The notes: generated by a model from the sequence alone, not told the origin. A stretch of 15,961 nt of DNA from Bdellovibrionales bacterium (GCA_050246815.1 JBFWVI010000060.1:1-15961), one strand, 5' to 3'. Shown: positions 8,806 to 15,961, counted from the first letter of the stretch. Program-made: numbers and translations.

Positions 8806-8832
8806 TCGAGTCTTGGCGCTTTTTTCCGAAAA
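8806..8832 (+). promoter_or_regulatory. Putative internal sigma-28-type promoter upstream of the gltG-like gene
   Basis: TCGAGTCT-N11-TCCGAAAA versus extended consensus TAAAGTTT-N11-GCCGATAA. It lies in the 53-bp gap ahead of SD GAGG and ATG 8847; the implied leader would be very short. Confidence 0.3.
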
Positions 8833-8846
8833 GATAACGAGGTCCT

Positions 8847-10826
8847 ATGACATTTGAAAAACTTAGGCTCGACCAGCCCTTTCACTTGCAAGTGATGGAA
8901 AACGGCAACCTGGTTTTCGAGCACACTTTTTTAGAAGCCCCGATCACGATCGGCCGCAGCGTTTCGTGCAGTGTACCTTTGACCAAGTACAACTGGATTT
9001 CGCGTCAGCATTTTCAAGTGGCCATGGTTGATGGCCGATGGGTCGCCACCGATTTGAATAGCGCCAACGGCATGATGTACAACGGCCAAGCTCACAGCCA
9101 GTTGGTTCTGGAATCCGGTATGGTGCTTGAAGTGGGCCCACTTCAATTTCGATTCGAATTTTCCACCTTGCACCAAAAACCCGAGGCACAAACTTTGCGT
9201 TCGCATGAAAGTGCTTACCCAACTTTAAACAACGCAGTTAAGCCTCATGTGCCGCCAGCCGTACACGCGCCTAGGGCGGCCTTCGCACCGCCGCGTCCGG
9301 TGAATTTCAGAAATGTGCGTGGTCTTAAGTTAAGCCCGGCTTGGTTTGAAAAAAGCCCCGAACACAGTCGCATTCTTAAACGCGAAAGTGGCTGCGCCGC
9401 CTTGTCGCTAAACACCATCTCGCCGCAAGTCGCGCGAGCGCCGGCGCAAACACGAGTGTTCGAAGTTTTTTTAACTTGGAAGGACCAGGTTTATGACTCA
9501 AGACTTTATTTCGCAGGCGACAATATCAGCATTGGCACTGATACCGATGATCTGTATGCACCAAACTTAAAGGGCTCATTTTTGCTTGGTCGATTTGATG
9601 GCCAGCACGCCGACATTTATTTAAGCAAGGGGGCCATGGGCACTGTTTACCGCGGCAATCAGCGCCAGAACACTCTTGAGCAGCTGTTAACTGGAGAATT
9701 GATCCCCCGTCGTGGCAAAGGTTATTCGCTTTCTCTAAGTCCTAGCGATCGTTGTGAAATCGAATTAGGCTCCAATTTAAAATTGCACGCCCGTTATGCA
9801 ACTGCACCACGTCAACTTTCGAAAACTTTGGCCCGCGAACCTGATCACCTGATGCGCAAATCCCTGACATACTCAGGATCTGTGCACTTGGCGTTTTTAC
9901 TTTTTGCTCTTTTGATGGCTCCGGCGCAAACCATTCCGAAAGTGAAACACTTACCCCCACGTGTGGCAAAACTTCTGACTCCCAAGGAAGCACCGGTTGA
10001 AACTCCAAAACCCAAAGAGGCCGCCCCACCACCTGAACCTCTGAAGCAGGCCAAAGAAGAGCCACCTAAAAAACGAATCGAGCCCAAACGCCCACGACCA
10101 CAACCCAAAAAAGTTGTGATCCGCACCAACGAGAAAATGAAAGTGATCAATCGGCTGCCCAAAGTTGCCATTCAAAAAACCGTTGACGCGGCCAAACCTC
10201 CGCCGGACATCAGGCAGCTGGGTGCCTTGGCGGCCCTGGGCGCTTTGGGCACACCAACCGTAAGCGACACCAAAAATCTGCCCGTTGCCATCAATGTCAA
10301 CGCCAATGCGGGTGGGCAAACTTCGCTCTCCACCACCGGCGTGATCGGCGCGCTGAAAGCCAAAGGCGGCAAACTAGCCGCAGGCGGATCCCCTGGAGTT
10401 AAAACCACAGGTAAAGGTTTTGGCTCAGGCAGTGAGTATGGAGTGCAGGGACTCAAGGGAGTGGCTGGCAATCGCGGCATCGCGGCCGCCGTGATCGGCT
10501 CGCCCAAACTGATGACGATTGACCGCACCGAAGGGCTCACGCAAAAACAGGTGATGGACGTGGTCAAGCAGCATGTCGGTAAAATTCAGCAATGTTACGA
10601 ACGCTCGCTTCTTTCAAAGCCGAATCTGGCTGGGCGAGTCGAATATGAATGGGAAATCAGCCCCGTTGGCTTGGTCAAATGGATCAAGGTTAAGCGCAGT
10701 GATCTTTCTGAAGCGGACATCTTGAATAATTGCATTTCCGCCATCTTCAGGAAGATGAAATTTCCTGTCGCCAGCAATGGCGAAACAACCAAACCCACCA
10801 TTGGTTTCCCTTTCGGCAGATTGTGA
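8847..10826 (+). CDS. gltG: GltG/PglI-like protein: FHA domain, TM helix, Pro/Gly-rich linker, AgmX/PglI (TonB_C-like) C-terminal domain
   Basis: FHA motifs IGRS...ISRQH...DLNSANG. TM SGSVHLAFLLFALLM carries the TonB/TolA-type S-x3-H (9873-9887). PKEAPVETPKPKEAAPPPEP linker. C-terminus VVKQHVGKIQQCYERSL...LAGRVEYEWEI...NCISAIFRKMKFP...FPF. Confidence 0.85.
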   Translation: MTFEKLRLDQPFHLQVMENGNLVFEHTFLEAPITIGRSVSCSVPLTKYNWISRQHFQVAMVDGRWVATDLNSANGMMYNGQAHSQLVLESGMVLEVGPLQFRFEFSTLHQKPEAQTLRSHESAYPTLNNAVKPHVPPAVHAPRAAFAPPRPVNFRNVRGLKLSPAWFEKSPEHSRILKRESGCAALSLNTISPQVARAPAQTRVFEVFLTWKDQVYDSRLYFAGDNISIGTDTDDLYAPNLKGSFLLGRFDGQHADIYLSKGAMGTVYRGNQRQNTLEQLLTGELIPRRGKGYSLSLSPSDRCEIELGSNLKLHARYATAPRQLSKTLAREPDHLMRKSLTYSGSVHLAFLLFALLMAPAQTIPKVKHLPPRVAKLLTPKEAPVETPKPKEAAPPPEPLKQAKEEPPKKRIEPKRPRPQPKKVVIRTNEKMKVINRLPKVAIQKTVDAAKPPPDIRQLGALAALGALGTPTVSDTKNLPVAINVNANAGGQTSLSTTGVIGALKAKGGKLAAGGSPGVKTTGKGFGSGSEYGVQGLKGVAGNRGIAAAVIGSPKLMTIDRTEGLTQKQVMDVVKQHVGKIQQCYERSLLSKPNLAGRVEYEWEISPVGLVKWIKVKRSDLSEADILNNCISAIFRKMKFPVASNGETTKPTIGFPFGRL

Positions 10827-10905
10827 CCATTGAACACAGTCGTTTTACTCGCAGAGTCAAGATTACCGCTGGACTAAATTATGAGACCCGCCGCACAATA
10901 TTCCA

Positions 10906-11334
10906 ATGTCGCGATCAAAACGTAAATTAAAAAATTTAATCCTAAGACCCTATTTGCAATTTGGTATCATTTTGCAGGTCGTATCATTGGTGTTGACCTC
11001 TTGTGGCGCGACATTGGCATTTTCGTGGCTATTTTTCTACAGAAACCGTCTGGCACTAATTATTCAAGCTGAAGGTGGAAATGAGAATTGGTATCTTTAT
11101 GTGGTAACTGGGGCGACCCTCATTGTCATAGGAATCATTTCAATTTTCGTCACGCTTTTAATCACCCACCGCATAGTTGGCCCCATGGTCGCCATACATA
11201 GACAGCTAGATTCACTTATCGACGGAGACTTTAGCAACGAAGTACGGCTTAGAAAACATGATGAATTTGCGGACGTAGCTGAAAAGGTGAATTTACTGAC
11301 GCGCAAGTTGCGTGGACAGGGCAAAACCGACTAG
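10906..11334 (+). CDS. Small two-TM membrane protein with a C-terminal HAMP domain and no output domain
   Basis: Two hydrophobic helices followed by THRIVGPMVAIHRQLDSLIDGDFSNEVRLRKHDEFADVAEKVNLL (HAMP pattern P...GD...DE...N). The protein ends about 10 aa later. Confidence 0.75.
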   Translation: MSRSKRKLKNLILRPYLQFGIILQVVSLVLTSCGATLAFSWLFFYRNRLALIIQAEGGNENWYLYVVTGATLIVIGIISIFVTLLITHRIVGPMVAIHRQLDSLIDGDFSNEVRLRKHDEFADVAEKVNLLTRKLRGQGKTD

Positions 11335-11382
11335 TACGCCTGCTGTAGTTCCGGATGGGAACAAAAATGATCAGCTTTATAA

Positions 11383-12789
11383 TTAATCTAGATGTGACTC
11401 CAGTTTTTTTATTTTCTTTCTGAACCTGTCTTGGCGATCGGCTAAGTCTTGGGTTGCCGAAACCAAAGGCGCTATTAGCTGAGCGTAAGACACCGTGCAA
11501 TACTCTGTAGCACAATTCACTGCCGCGCTCAGCTCAGGAACAGAAGCAATTTCTTGGGCAATTAAGCCAACCTGCCGCTTATCGGGCATTTTAATAAGCC
11601 GATAGGTGTAGGCGTTTATGGACTTAAACTGCGTCGCCTTAAACGATAAGGGCGCAATCGCTGCCTTAAGTCGCCGATCTGAAAGATTTTGCCATGCCGA
11701 CGTACCCCCGGCCGTACCATTCACCCAAAAGGCATAATCATTGGCAGGGCGCGCATCGTCACCACCAATGCGCACATCAGTTCGACTCACGCCCCCAGAA
11801 ATCATGTGGTCAATAATAAAAGTGCTTGCAACGTTACTGCCGCCAAGCTCGAGAGTTTGGTTGCTGTTAGTTGGGCGAAAGCTCCAAGCTGAAGTCGCAC
11901 TACTTAGGTTTAAGAAACTTGTGCCGTCTGTACTTTTGATGGCGAAGCGATAAGGAGTGACTTCATTCAAAGCATACCCAACAGTAAGTTGGCGGCTGTC
12001 AGACAATAGGGTTACTGGTGGAAAAGCCGAATTTGTGTTGAAGACATAACGATGGTTTTCAGGAATGACAAACATGGCTGAGGGACCTCCTGAATTAATC
12101 GACATCGTGATGCCACCACTACCTTCAAGACTACCGAAAATGACAGAATTTCGACTTCCACTCGATGTGTCGCGGACTTCAAAGGTGGCGCTGGGATCGT
12201 CAGATTGAATCCCTACACTTCCTGTCTGGCGAAAAATCTGGTTGCCGCTCAACATACGCCATTGATTTTGATCAAAATTAACAGCGATACAGCTGGTGAG
12301 TCGACCTAAGTTATTGATCTCAACAGAAACCACTCGGTTTCGCGTCCATGTCTTAAGTTGTCCATCGACAATTTTCTGCATATCCACGGTCAGGGTTGAA
12401 ACCCCATCAAGGGCACCTGCTGAAGACGGGATAAAGCCGCTCATCCGGATTGCAGCGATCGAAATTGTTCCACGACCATAGTTCGCGTTTGGATTCGCAA
12501 CTATGGTCTCAAAAATTGCTGAATTATCTGGCTTACGTAAAATAGTACGAGTCAGAGCTTGAGTACGAAGGTCCTCAGGCCCACCAACCCAGTTTTGGTT
12601 GCAGCGGCTATTTTCTGCCAAAAAATGGCCAATCGCTCCTACAACGTTATCCACATCTTCGGCGTAAGAAGTATTAACCAAATTTGATCTTAATTTTGGT
12701 AACAGCTGCAATGATCCCGCCAAAAGAACCATGACAATTAAGCTAATCGTCAAAATCAACGCAATAGATGAAACCCCCCTATTCTTCAT
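11383..12789 (-). CDS. PilX/GspK-like prepilin (no E5) fused to tail-fibre-like body and peptidase S74 chaperone (~468 aa)
   Basis: Start ATG 12789 with AAGGA 8 nt upstream. Leader MKNRG|VSSIALILTISLIVMVLLAG. Cys pair NSRCN...LTSCI. GSVGIQ fibre motif. FWVNGTAGGTSAWQNL-SDRRLK (11665-11682), GLIAQE, and a terminal coiled coil. Confidence 0.8.
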   Translation of the reverse strand: MKNRGVSSIALILTISLIVMVLLAGSLQLLPKLRSNLVNTSYAEDVDNVVGAIGHFLAENSRCNQNWVGGPEDLRTQALTRTILRKPDNSAIFETIVANPNANYGRGTISIAAIRMSGFIPSSAGALDGVSTLTVDMQKIVDGQLKTWTRNRVVSVEINNLGRLTSCIAVNFDQNQWRMLSGNQIFRQTGSVGIQSDDPSATFEVRDTSSGSRNSVIFGSLEGSGGITMSINSGGPSAMFVIPENHRYVFNTNSAFPPVTLLSDSRQLTVGYALNEVTPYRFAIKSTDGTSFLNLSSATSAWSFRPTNSNQTLELGGSNVASTFIIDHMISGGVSRTDVRIGGDDARPANDYAFWVNGTAGGTSAWQNLSDRRLKAAIAPLSFKATQFKSINAYTYRLIKMPDKRQVGLIAQEIASVPELSAAVNCATEYCTVSYAQLIAPLVSATQDLADRQDRFRKKIKKLESHLD

Positions 12790-14170
12790 CGGCGACATCC
12801 TTTTTCTTTGTACAAGCTTTGAGCTGGGGTGTTGTTTTACAAATTTTACTCTTGAGTTGCTCAAAGTCTCTTTGCTGCGCTTCGACCTCTACACTCAACT
12901 GCTGCAAACTTTTGGCAAGGGCCGGAATAATCTCGGAATAACGAATACTTTTGTATGGACCAATCTGGCCTGCGATCGGTTCAAATTCCTTAGGGATATC
13001 TTGAGCAATAAAACCCAGCTGAGTTTCCGCTGATTGGCGCATAATATAGGACACCGGTCTAAGCAGGCGCAATTCATTCAATCCTATTTCAAGATCTGAA
13101 ACATCGGTCTTCAAGCGCGCGTCCGAGGCAACCATCCACGGGGTGAGCCCACCCGCCTTTCCCGCCACGTAAAACTTCATGCCCGCAGCTGAGCCGCCAA
13201 CCGCAAAGTTACTGCGCACGTGGATCCCACGCACATCCGATTGACCCGAGATTCGTAGCCCATTTAACTTTTGATCACCAACGGAACCCAAGCCGCGAGT
13301 AACGTCAAACTCCCAAGCACGGTTTAAAGTCCCCGTTTCAAATTTCATCAAGGGCAAGGTACTAACGCCATCATCACAAATATTCAGGGCTCCATACGCA
13401 AAATTCGTGCAGAAACCAGTCCCGAGGGGGCCATAATTCAAGTAAAAGTCGTTTAAGAAAGACATGCCCTCGTTGTTATTGGATACAATATTGATCATAT
13501 TCCCAGATGGAGAAATTCTCCAGCCAGGAGGACCAGAGTTATTCTCGTATATAAGATTAAAGTCTCCGTTGACCGCCAAAGAATACGGGGGTTCAGGCAA
13601 TTGGCCGACCCCTACGTTTTGCGCCATTGAAAAAAGACTGTTCACATTGTTACTCCAAAGACTGCTTTGATCCGTTATACCACTGCAGCTGATAATATCG
13701 AACGTAGCCGGAGCAACAACCACTAGCAGGGGCAGTTGATCACGCCTTATATTTCCAGGCGGATATTCGACCTCCATTTCAAGAATCGCTAAGCCGGTCA
13801 GATTAGGTGCAGGTACATTACTAAATGCATTAAATCCAAATAATCGAATGCCATTAAATTGGACGGGACCTGGCTGGTTCCCGAAATTATCGACAAGCAC
13901 TTGAACGTCGTTACTATCCAAAATATCGGCCGCAATTTTATTGATAGATGGATTTAAACTCAGATTTGCAAAATTTTTATTGCATTGCGCCTCAACAGAA
14001 AAAAATTGTCGCATTTCAAAAATGCGATTTCTCAAAATAGTAAATTGATTTTCGGCTTTCATTTGATTGTAGAAGATGCCGCTCACATTTAATACGCCAA
14101 ATATGCCAGCTGCAACCAAAGCAATCGAAACTAGAATTTCAATTAAAGTAAACCCCCTCCGGTCACTCAT
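12779..14170 (-). CDS. Type IV prepilin-like N-terminus fused to tail-fibre-like body and peptidase S74 chaperone (~463 aa)
   Basis: Start ATG 14170 with GAGG 6 nt upstream, overlapping the upstream stop by 8 nt. Leader MSDRRG|FTLIEILVSIALV. Cys pair EAQCN...IISCS. NVGVG motif. FYVAGKAGGLTPWMVA-SDARLK (13109-13126), LRPVSY, GFIAQD, coiled coil and ICKTTPQLKAC. Confidence 0.88.
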   Translation of the reverse strand: MSDRRGFTLIEILVSIALVAAGIFGVLNVSGIFYNQMKAENQFTILRNRIFEMRQFFSVEAQCNKNFANLSLNPSINKIAADILDSNDVQVLVDNFGNQPGPVQFNGIRLFGFNAFSNVPAPNLTGLAILEMEVEYPPGNIRRDQLPLLVVVAPATFDIISCSGITDQSSLWSNNVNSLFSMAQNVGVGQLPEPPYSLAVNGDFNLIYENNSGPPGWRISPSGNMINIVSNNNEGMSFLNDFYLNYGPLGTGFCTNFAYGALNICDDGVSTLPLMKFETGTLNRAWEFDVTRGLGSVGDQKLNGLRISGQSDVRGIHVRSNFAVGGSAAGMKFYVAGKAGGLTPWMVASDARLKTDVSDLEIGLNELRLLRPVSYIMRQSAETQLGFIAQDIPKEFEPIAGQIGPYKSIRYSEIIPALAKSLQQLSVEVEAQQRDFEQLKSKICKTTPQLKACTKKKDVADEE

Positions 14171-15536
14171 GACAGGCCTCATGATTTGGACTTTCAAGGC
14201 AAAGGGAGCTTATGAATTCATCGAATTCAGACTCGACCTTCCTCTGAGCTTGGTGAAGCTCTTTGATTGCATCAATCATTACCGCAGTCAGGGCATCGAT
14301 CTGGATTTTTTTATAACTACCATTCTGATCCACAATTTCGGGCAAGATCTTCTCGACTTCTTGCGCAATGAATCCATAACGAATAATGTTTTTTGGATCG
14401 GAATAATACCGATAACTGACTGGGCGCAACTTTTTGATTATTTTTAAGGGATCTTGAATTTGTCTAATATCTTTCTTCAAACGCAGATCGGACGCCACAA
14501 TCCAGCCTGTTGTCCCGCCCGCAGTACCATCAACAAAAAAATTATTCGTCCCAGCAGAACTGACATCGTCACCAACCAGCACTTGGGGATAGATCACAAG
14601 ATTGGTAGGCCCGTCTGCGACTAAATAATTATGTCTTAGGCGCAAGTCATTTCCAGACACAATAAATGACCACCGATTTGAATCACCATGATTAAGATGA
14701 AGAGCCGATTGATCATCGACGTCTTGCCTAAGATCTGCCACTGCGCTGTAAGGCGGAGCCAAATGAATGCCAAGACGTCCGCTGCTCACACCAAAAGTCG
14801 GGCGTACCGACGTGCCAAATAGAAGATCGGCGTTATTGGTTGTACGAAATATTTTATCCGTATTGTTGGTCTCAAGTATCAATTGTGGTCCACCTGAAGT
14901 CCCAAATAAAACAGGTAGTCGCCCCACATCCAACGGCGCCGTAGGCATGTTGACACCTATACCTACGGCCTTGGGCGAGTAAATATCATTTGGATCGCTC
15001 TGAGAGTATTGCCAGAGATCAAACGGAGAGCTGCCACACTTAGTAATAGCCTGATCGGTAATATTGCGGGTCACAAGCACTATGGAATTTCTTTGAACAG
15101 TGACATCCCGGCCCATTTGACTGTCCCAGCGGGACAAATCCAGTTGTATTTGCAGAAAACCCCGTTCGGATGGGGCAGCAGCGTCTAAAGGCCGAAAGTC
15201 GGTCAGCCGTATGGCGCTGAAGCGAACACTATTCTGGCCCACAATTCGGTCAACTTCAAATTGCCGCAATCCGTCTGGATTTAAGAGAAAATTTAAATTG
15301 ACCGGAAAGGCCGCGGTTACGGTCGTTCTTAGCGCCGAAGTACAATTATTGGTATTCGAGATAAAATGTATAAATTCACGATAAAGCTCCTCGGCTGCAT
15401 TTTGGCTTTCTGCAGACTGGCTTAGTTTGGTCGAATCAACGGCGAAGGTGGCAATAACAACGGTCAGCAGCCCAACGATGAGGGCTGATAAAGCGAGCTC
15501 TACAATGGTAAACCCGTTTTTTTTGTTTCTAAACAT
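14163..15536 (-). CDS. Type IV prepilin-like N-terminus fused to tail-fibre-like body and peptidase S74 chaperone (~457 aa)
   Basis: Leader MFRNKKNG|FTIVELALSALIVGLL (ATG 15536; GTG 15545 is an alternative). Cys pair TNNCT...ITKCG. AVGIG...PTAPLDV fibre motif. FFVDGTAGGTTGWIVA-SDLRLK (14475-14492), LRPVSY, YGFIAQEVEKILPEIV, and LCLESPNHEAC. Confidence 0.88.
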   Translation of the reverse strand: MFRNKKNGFTIVELALSALIVGLLTVVIATFAVDSTKLSQSAESQNAAEELYREFIHFISNTNNCTSALRTTVTAAFPVNLNFLLNPDGLRQFEVDRIVGQNSVRFSAIRLTDFRPLDAAAPSERGFLQIQLDLSRWDSQMGRDVTVQRNSIVLVTRNITDQAITKCGSSPFDLWQYSQSDPNDIYSPKAVGIGVNMPTAPLDVGRLPVLFGTSGGPQLILETNNTDKIFRTTNNADLLFGTSVRPTFGVSSGRLGIHLAPPYSAVADLRQDVDDQSALHLNHGDSNRWSFIVSGNDLRLRHNYLVADGPTNLVIYPQVLVGDDVSSAGTNNFFVDGTAGGTTGWIVASDLRLKKDIRQIQDPLKIIKKLRPVSYRYYSDPKNIIRYGFIAQEVEKILPEIVDQNGSYKKIQIDALTAVMIDAIKELHQAQRKVESEFDEFISSLCLESPNHEACHE

Positions 15537-15841
15537 CCATCCCACGCACTACGGCCTAAATTGTCTAATATTTTTTGTACGACCTCACCAAATTATTACA
15601 ATTTTCAATTATGATCATACTAATTGGCTCAAAATAGGATTGTCGTGGCAATTAACACTCATCAGAGCCCCCTCGTCGCAGACAGACGCTCACAATCGAT
15701 TCGTAGAAAATACGGCGCTCTACTTTAGAACTTTACCCAAAACCCTATATAGCCATTGGTCCAGTTGTGATTATGAAGCTAGCTCGATGGTTTTGAATCA
15801 ACATAAAATAGATGTACAGGTCACTGGGGAGATCAAAACTT
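15537..15841. promoter_or_regulatory. Divergent intergenic/promoter region between the pilin-fibre operon and the aglR-like gene
   Basis: About 305 bp, AT-richer, between two divergent starts. Contains the palindrome TATGATCATA (15610-15619) overlapping CAATTA...TAATTG (15606-15626). Confidence 0.55.
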
Positions 15842-15961
15842 ATGTTACAAAAGCTGCTTCAACACTACAACGAAGGCGGATTTTTCATGCACTTGATTCT
15901 GCTCACTTCGTTTGTGGGTATAGGAATCATCATTGAACGCATGAAGGTGTTGTCAGCCGCC
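15842..15961 (+). CDS. MotA/TolQ/ExbB proton-channel family protein, AglR-like (partial, first 40 codons)
   Basis: Manual translation from ATG 15842: MLQKLLQHYNEGGFFMHLILLTSFVGIGIIIERMKVLSAA. This is the GG..M..I...S......IIER N-terminal TM1 pattern of the family. SD GGGGAG at 15826-15831. Not in the ORF track because it runs off the edge. Confidence 0.8.
   Translation, partial: MLQKLLQHYNEGGFFMHLILLTSFVGIGIIIERMKVLSAA

Noticed and set aside
9970..10500. Pro/Lys- and Gly-rich low-complexity stretch with several antisense ORFs
   Set aside because: Normal periplasm-spanning linker of TonB/GltG-type proteins; not a DNA repeat array, and the antisense ORFs are shadows.
11335..11382. GTTCC-GGATG-GGAAC hairpin between convergent genes
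   Set aside because: Only a 5-bp stem, and the A/T tract is on the wrong side to act as a U-tail on either strand.
12647..12655. Perfect DnaA box TTATCCACA
   Set aside because: Single copy inside a coding region; expected by chance.
2782..15536. Prophage or integrative element (integrase plus tail-fibre genes)
   Set aside because: No capsid, terminase, replication or conjugation genes, no tRNA or att repeats seen. The fibres carry pilin leaders and the intervening genes are host envelope genes.
15541..15562. CACGCA...CGGCCTAAA resembling part of a c-di-GMP-I (GEMM) riboswitch
   Set aside because: Lacks the GCAAA and GNRA-loop stems, and lies antisense to the adjacent pilin start.
15427..15936. 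169-aa plus-strand ORF in the track
   Set aside because: Overlaps the pilin gene antisense and the aglR-like start out of frame; no motif; spans the divergent promoter region.
1..15961. CRISPR array, tRNA/rRNA, IS element or DGR template/variable repeats
   Set aside because: No regularly spaced repeats, structured RNA signatures, transposase or reverse transcriptase were seen by eye.

Overview
Most likely a chromosomal window from a Bdellovibrionota-like predatory bacterium. This is inferred from the gene families present, not from a search. Left to right: (1) a >564-aa lipoprotein gene on the minus strand that runs off the left edge and is missing from the ORF track; (2) a C-terminally membrane-anchored XRE-type HTH protein divergent from a catalytic-domain-only tyrosine recombinase, across an AT-rich spacer with several short repeats; (3) a compact Agl-Glt-like envelope/gliding cluster: GltA/B-type beta-barrel, GltC-like TPR, GltD/AgmU-like TPR with a GltE-like tail, and a GltG/PglI-like FHA-TM-TonB_C protein; (4) a small 2-TM HAMP-only protein; (5) three overlapping minus-strand paralogues, each fusing a type IV prepilin N-terminus to a phage-tail-fibre-like body ending in a peptidase S74 autocleaving chaperone; (6) the first 40 codons of a MotA/TolQ/ExbB (AglR-like) gene at the right edge, also missing from the ORF track. 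The most notable system is the pilin-fibre-S74 trio. Its E5/E5/no-E5 leader pattern mirrors PilV/W/X and GspI/J/K tip complexes, suggesting a heterotrimeric fibre adhesin displayed on a pilus tip. The trio sits between gltG and aglR.
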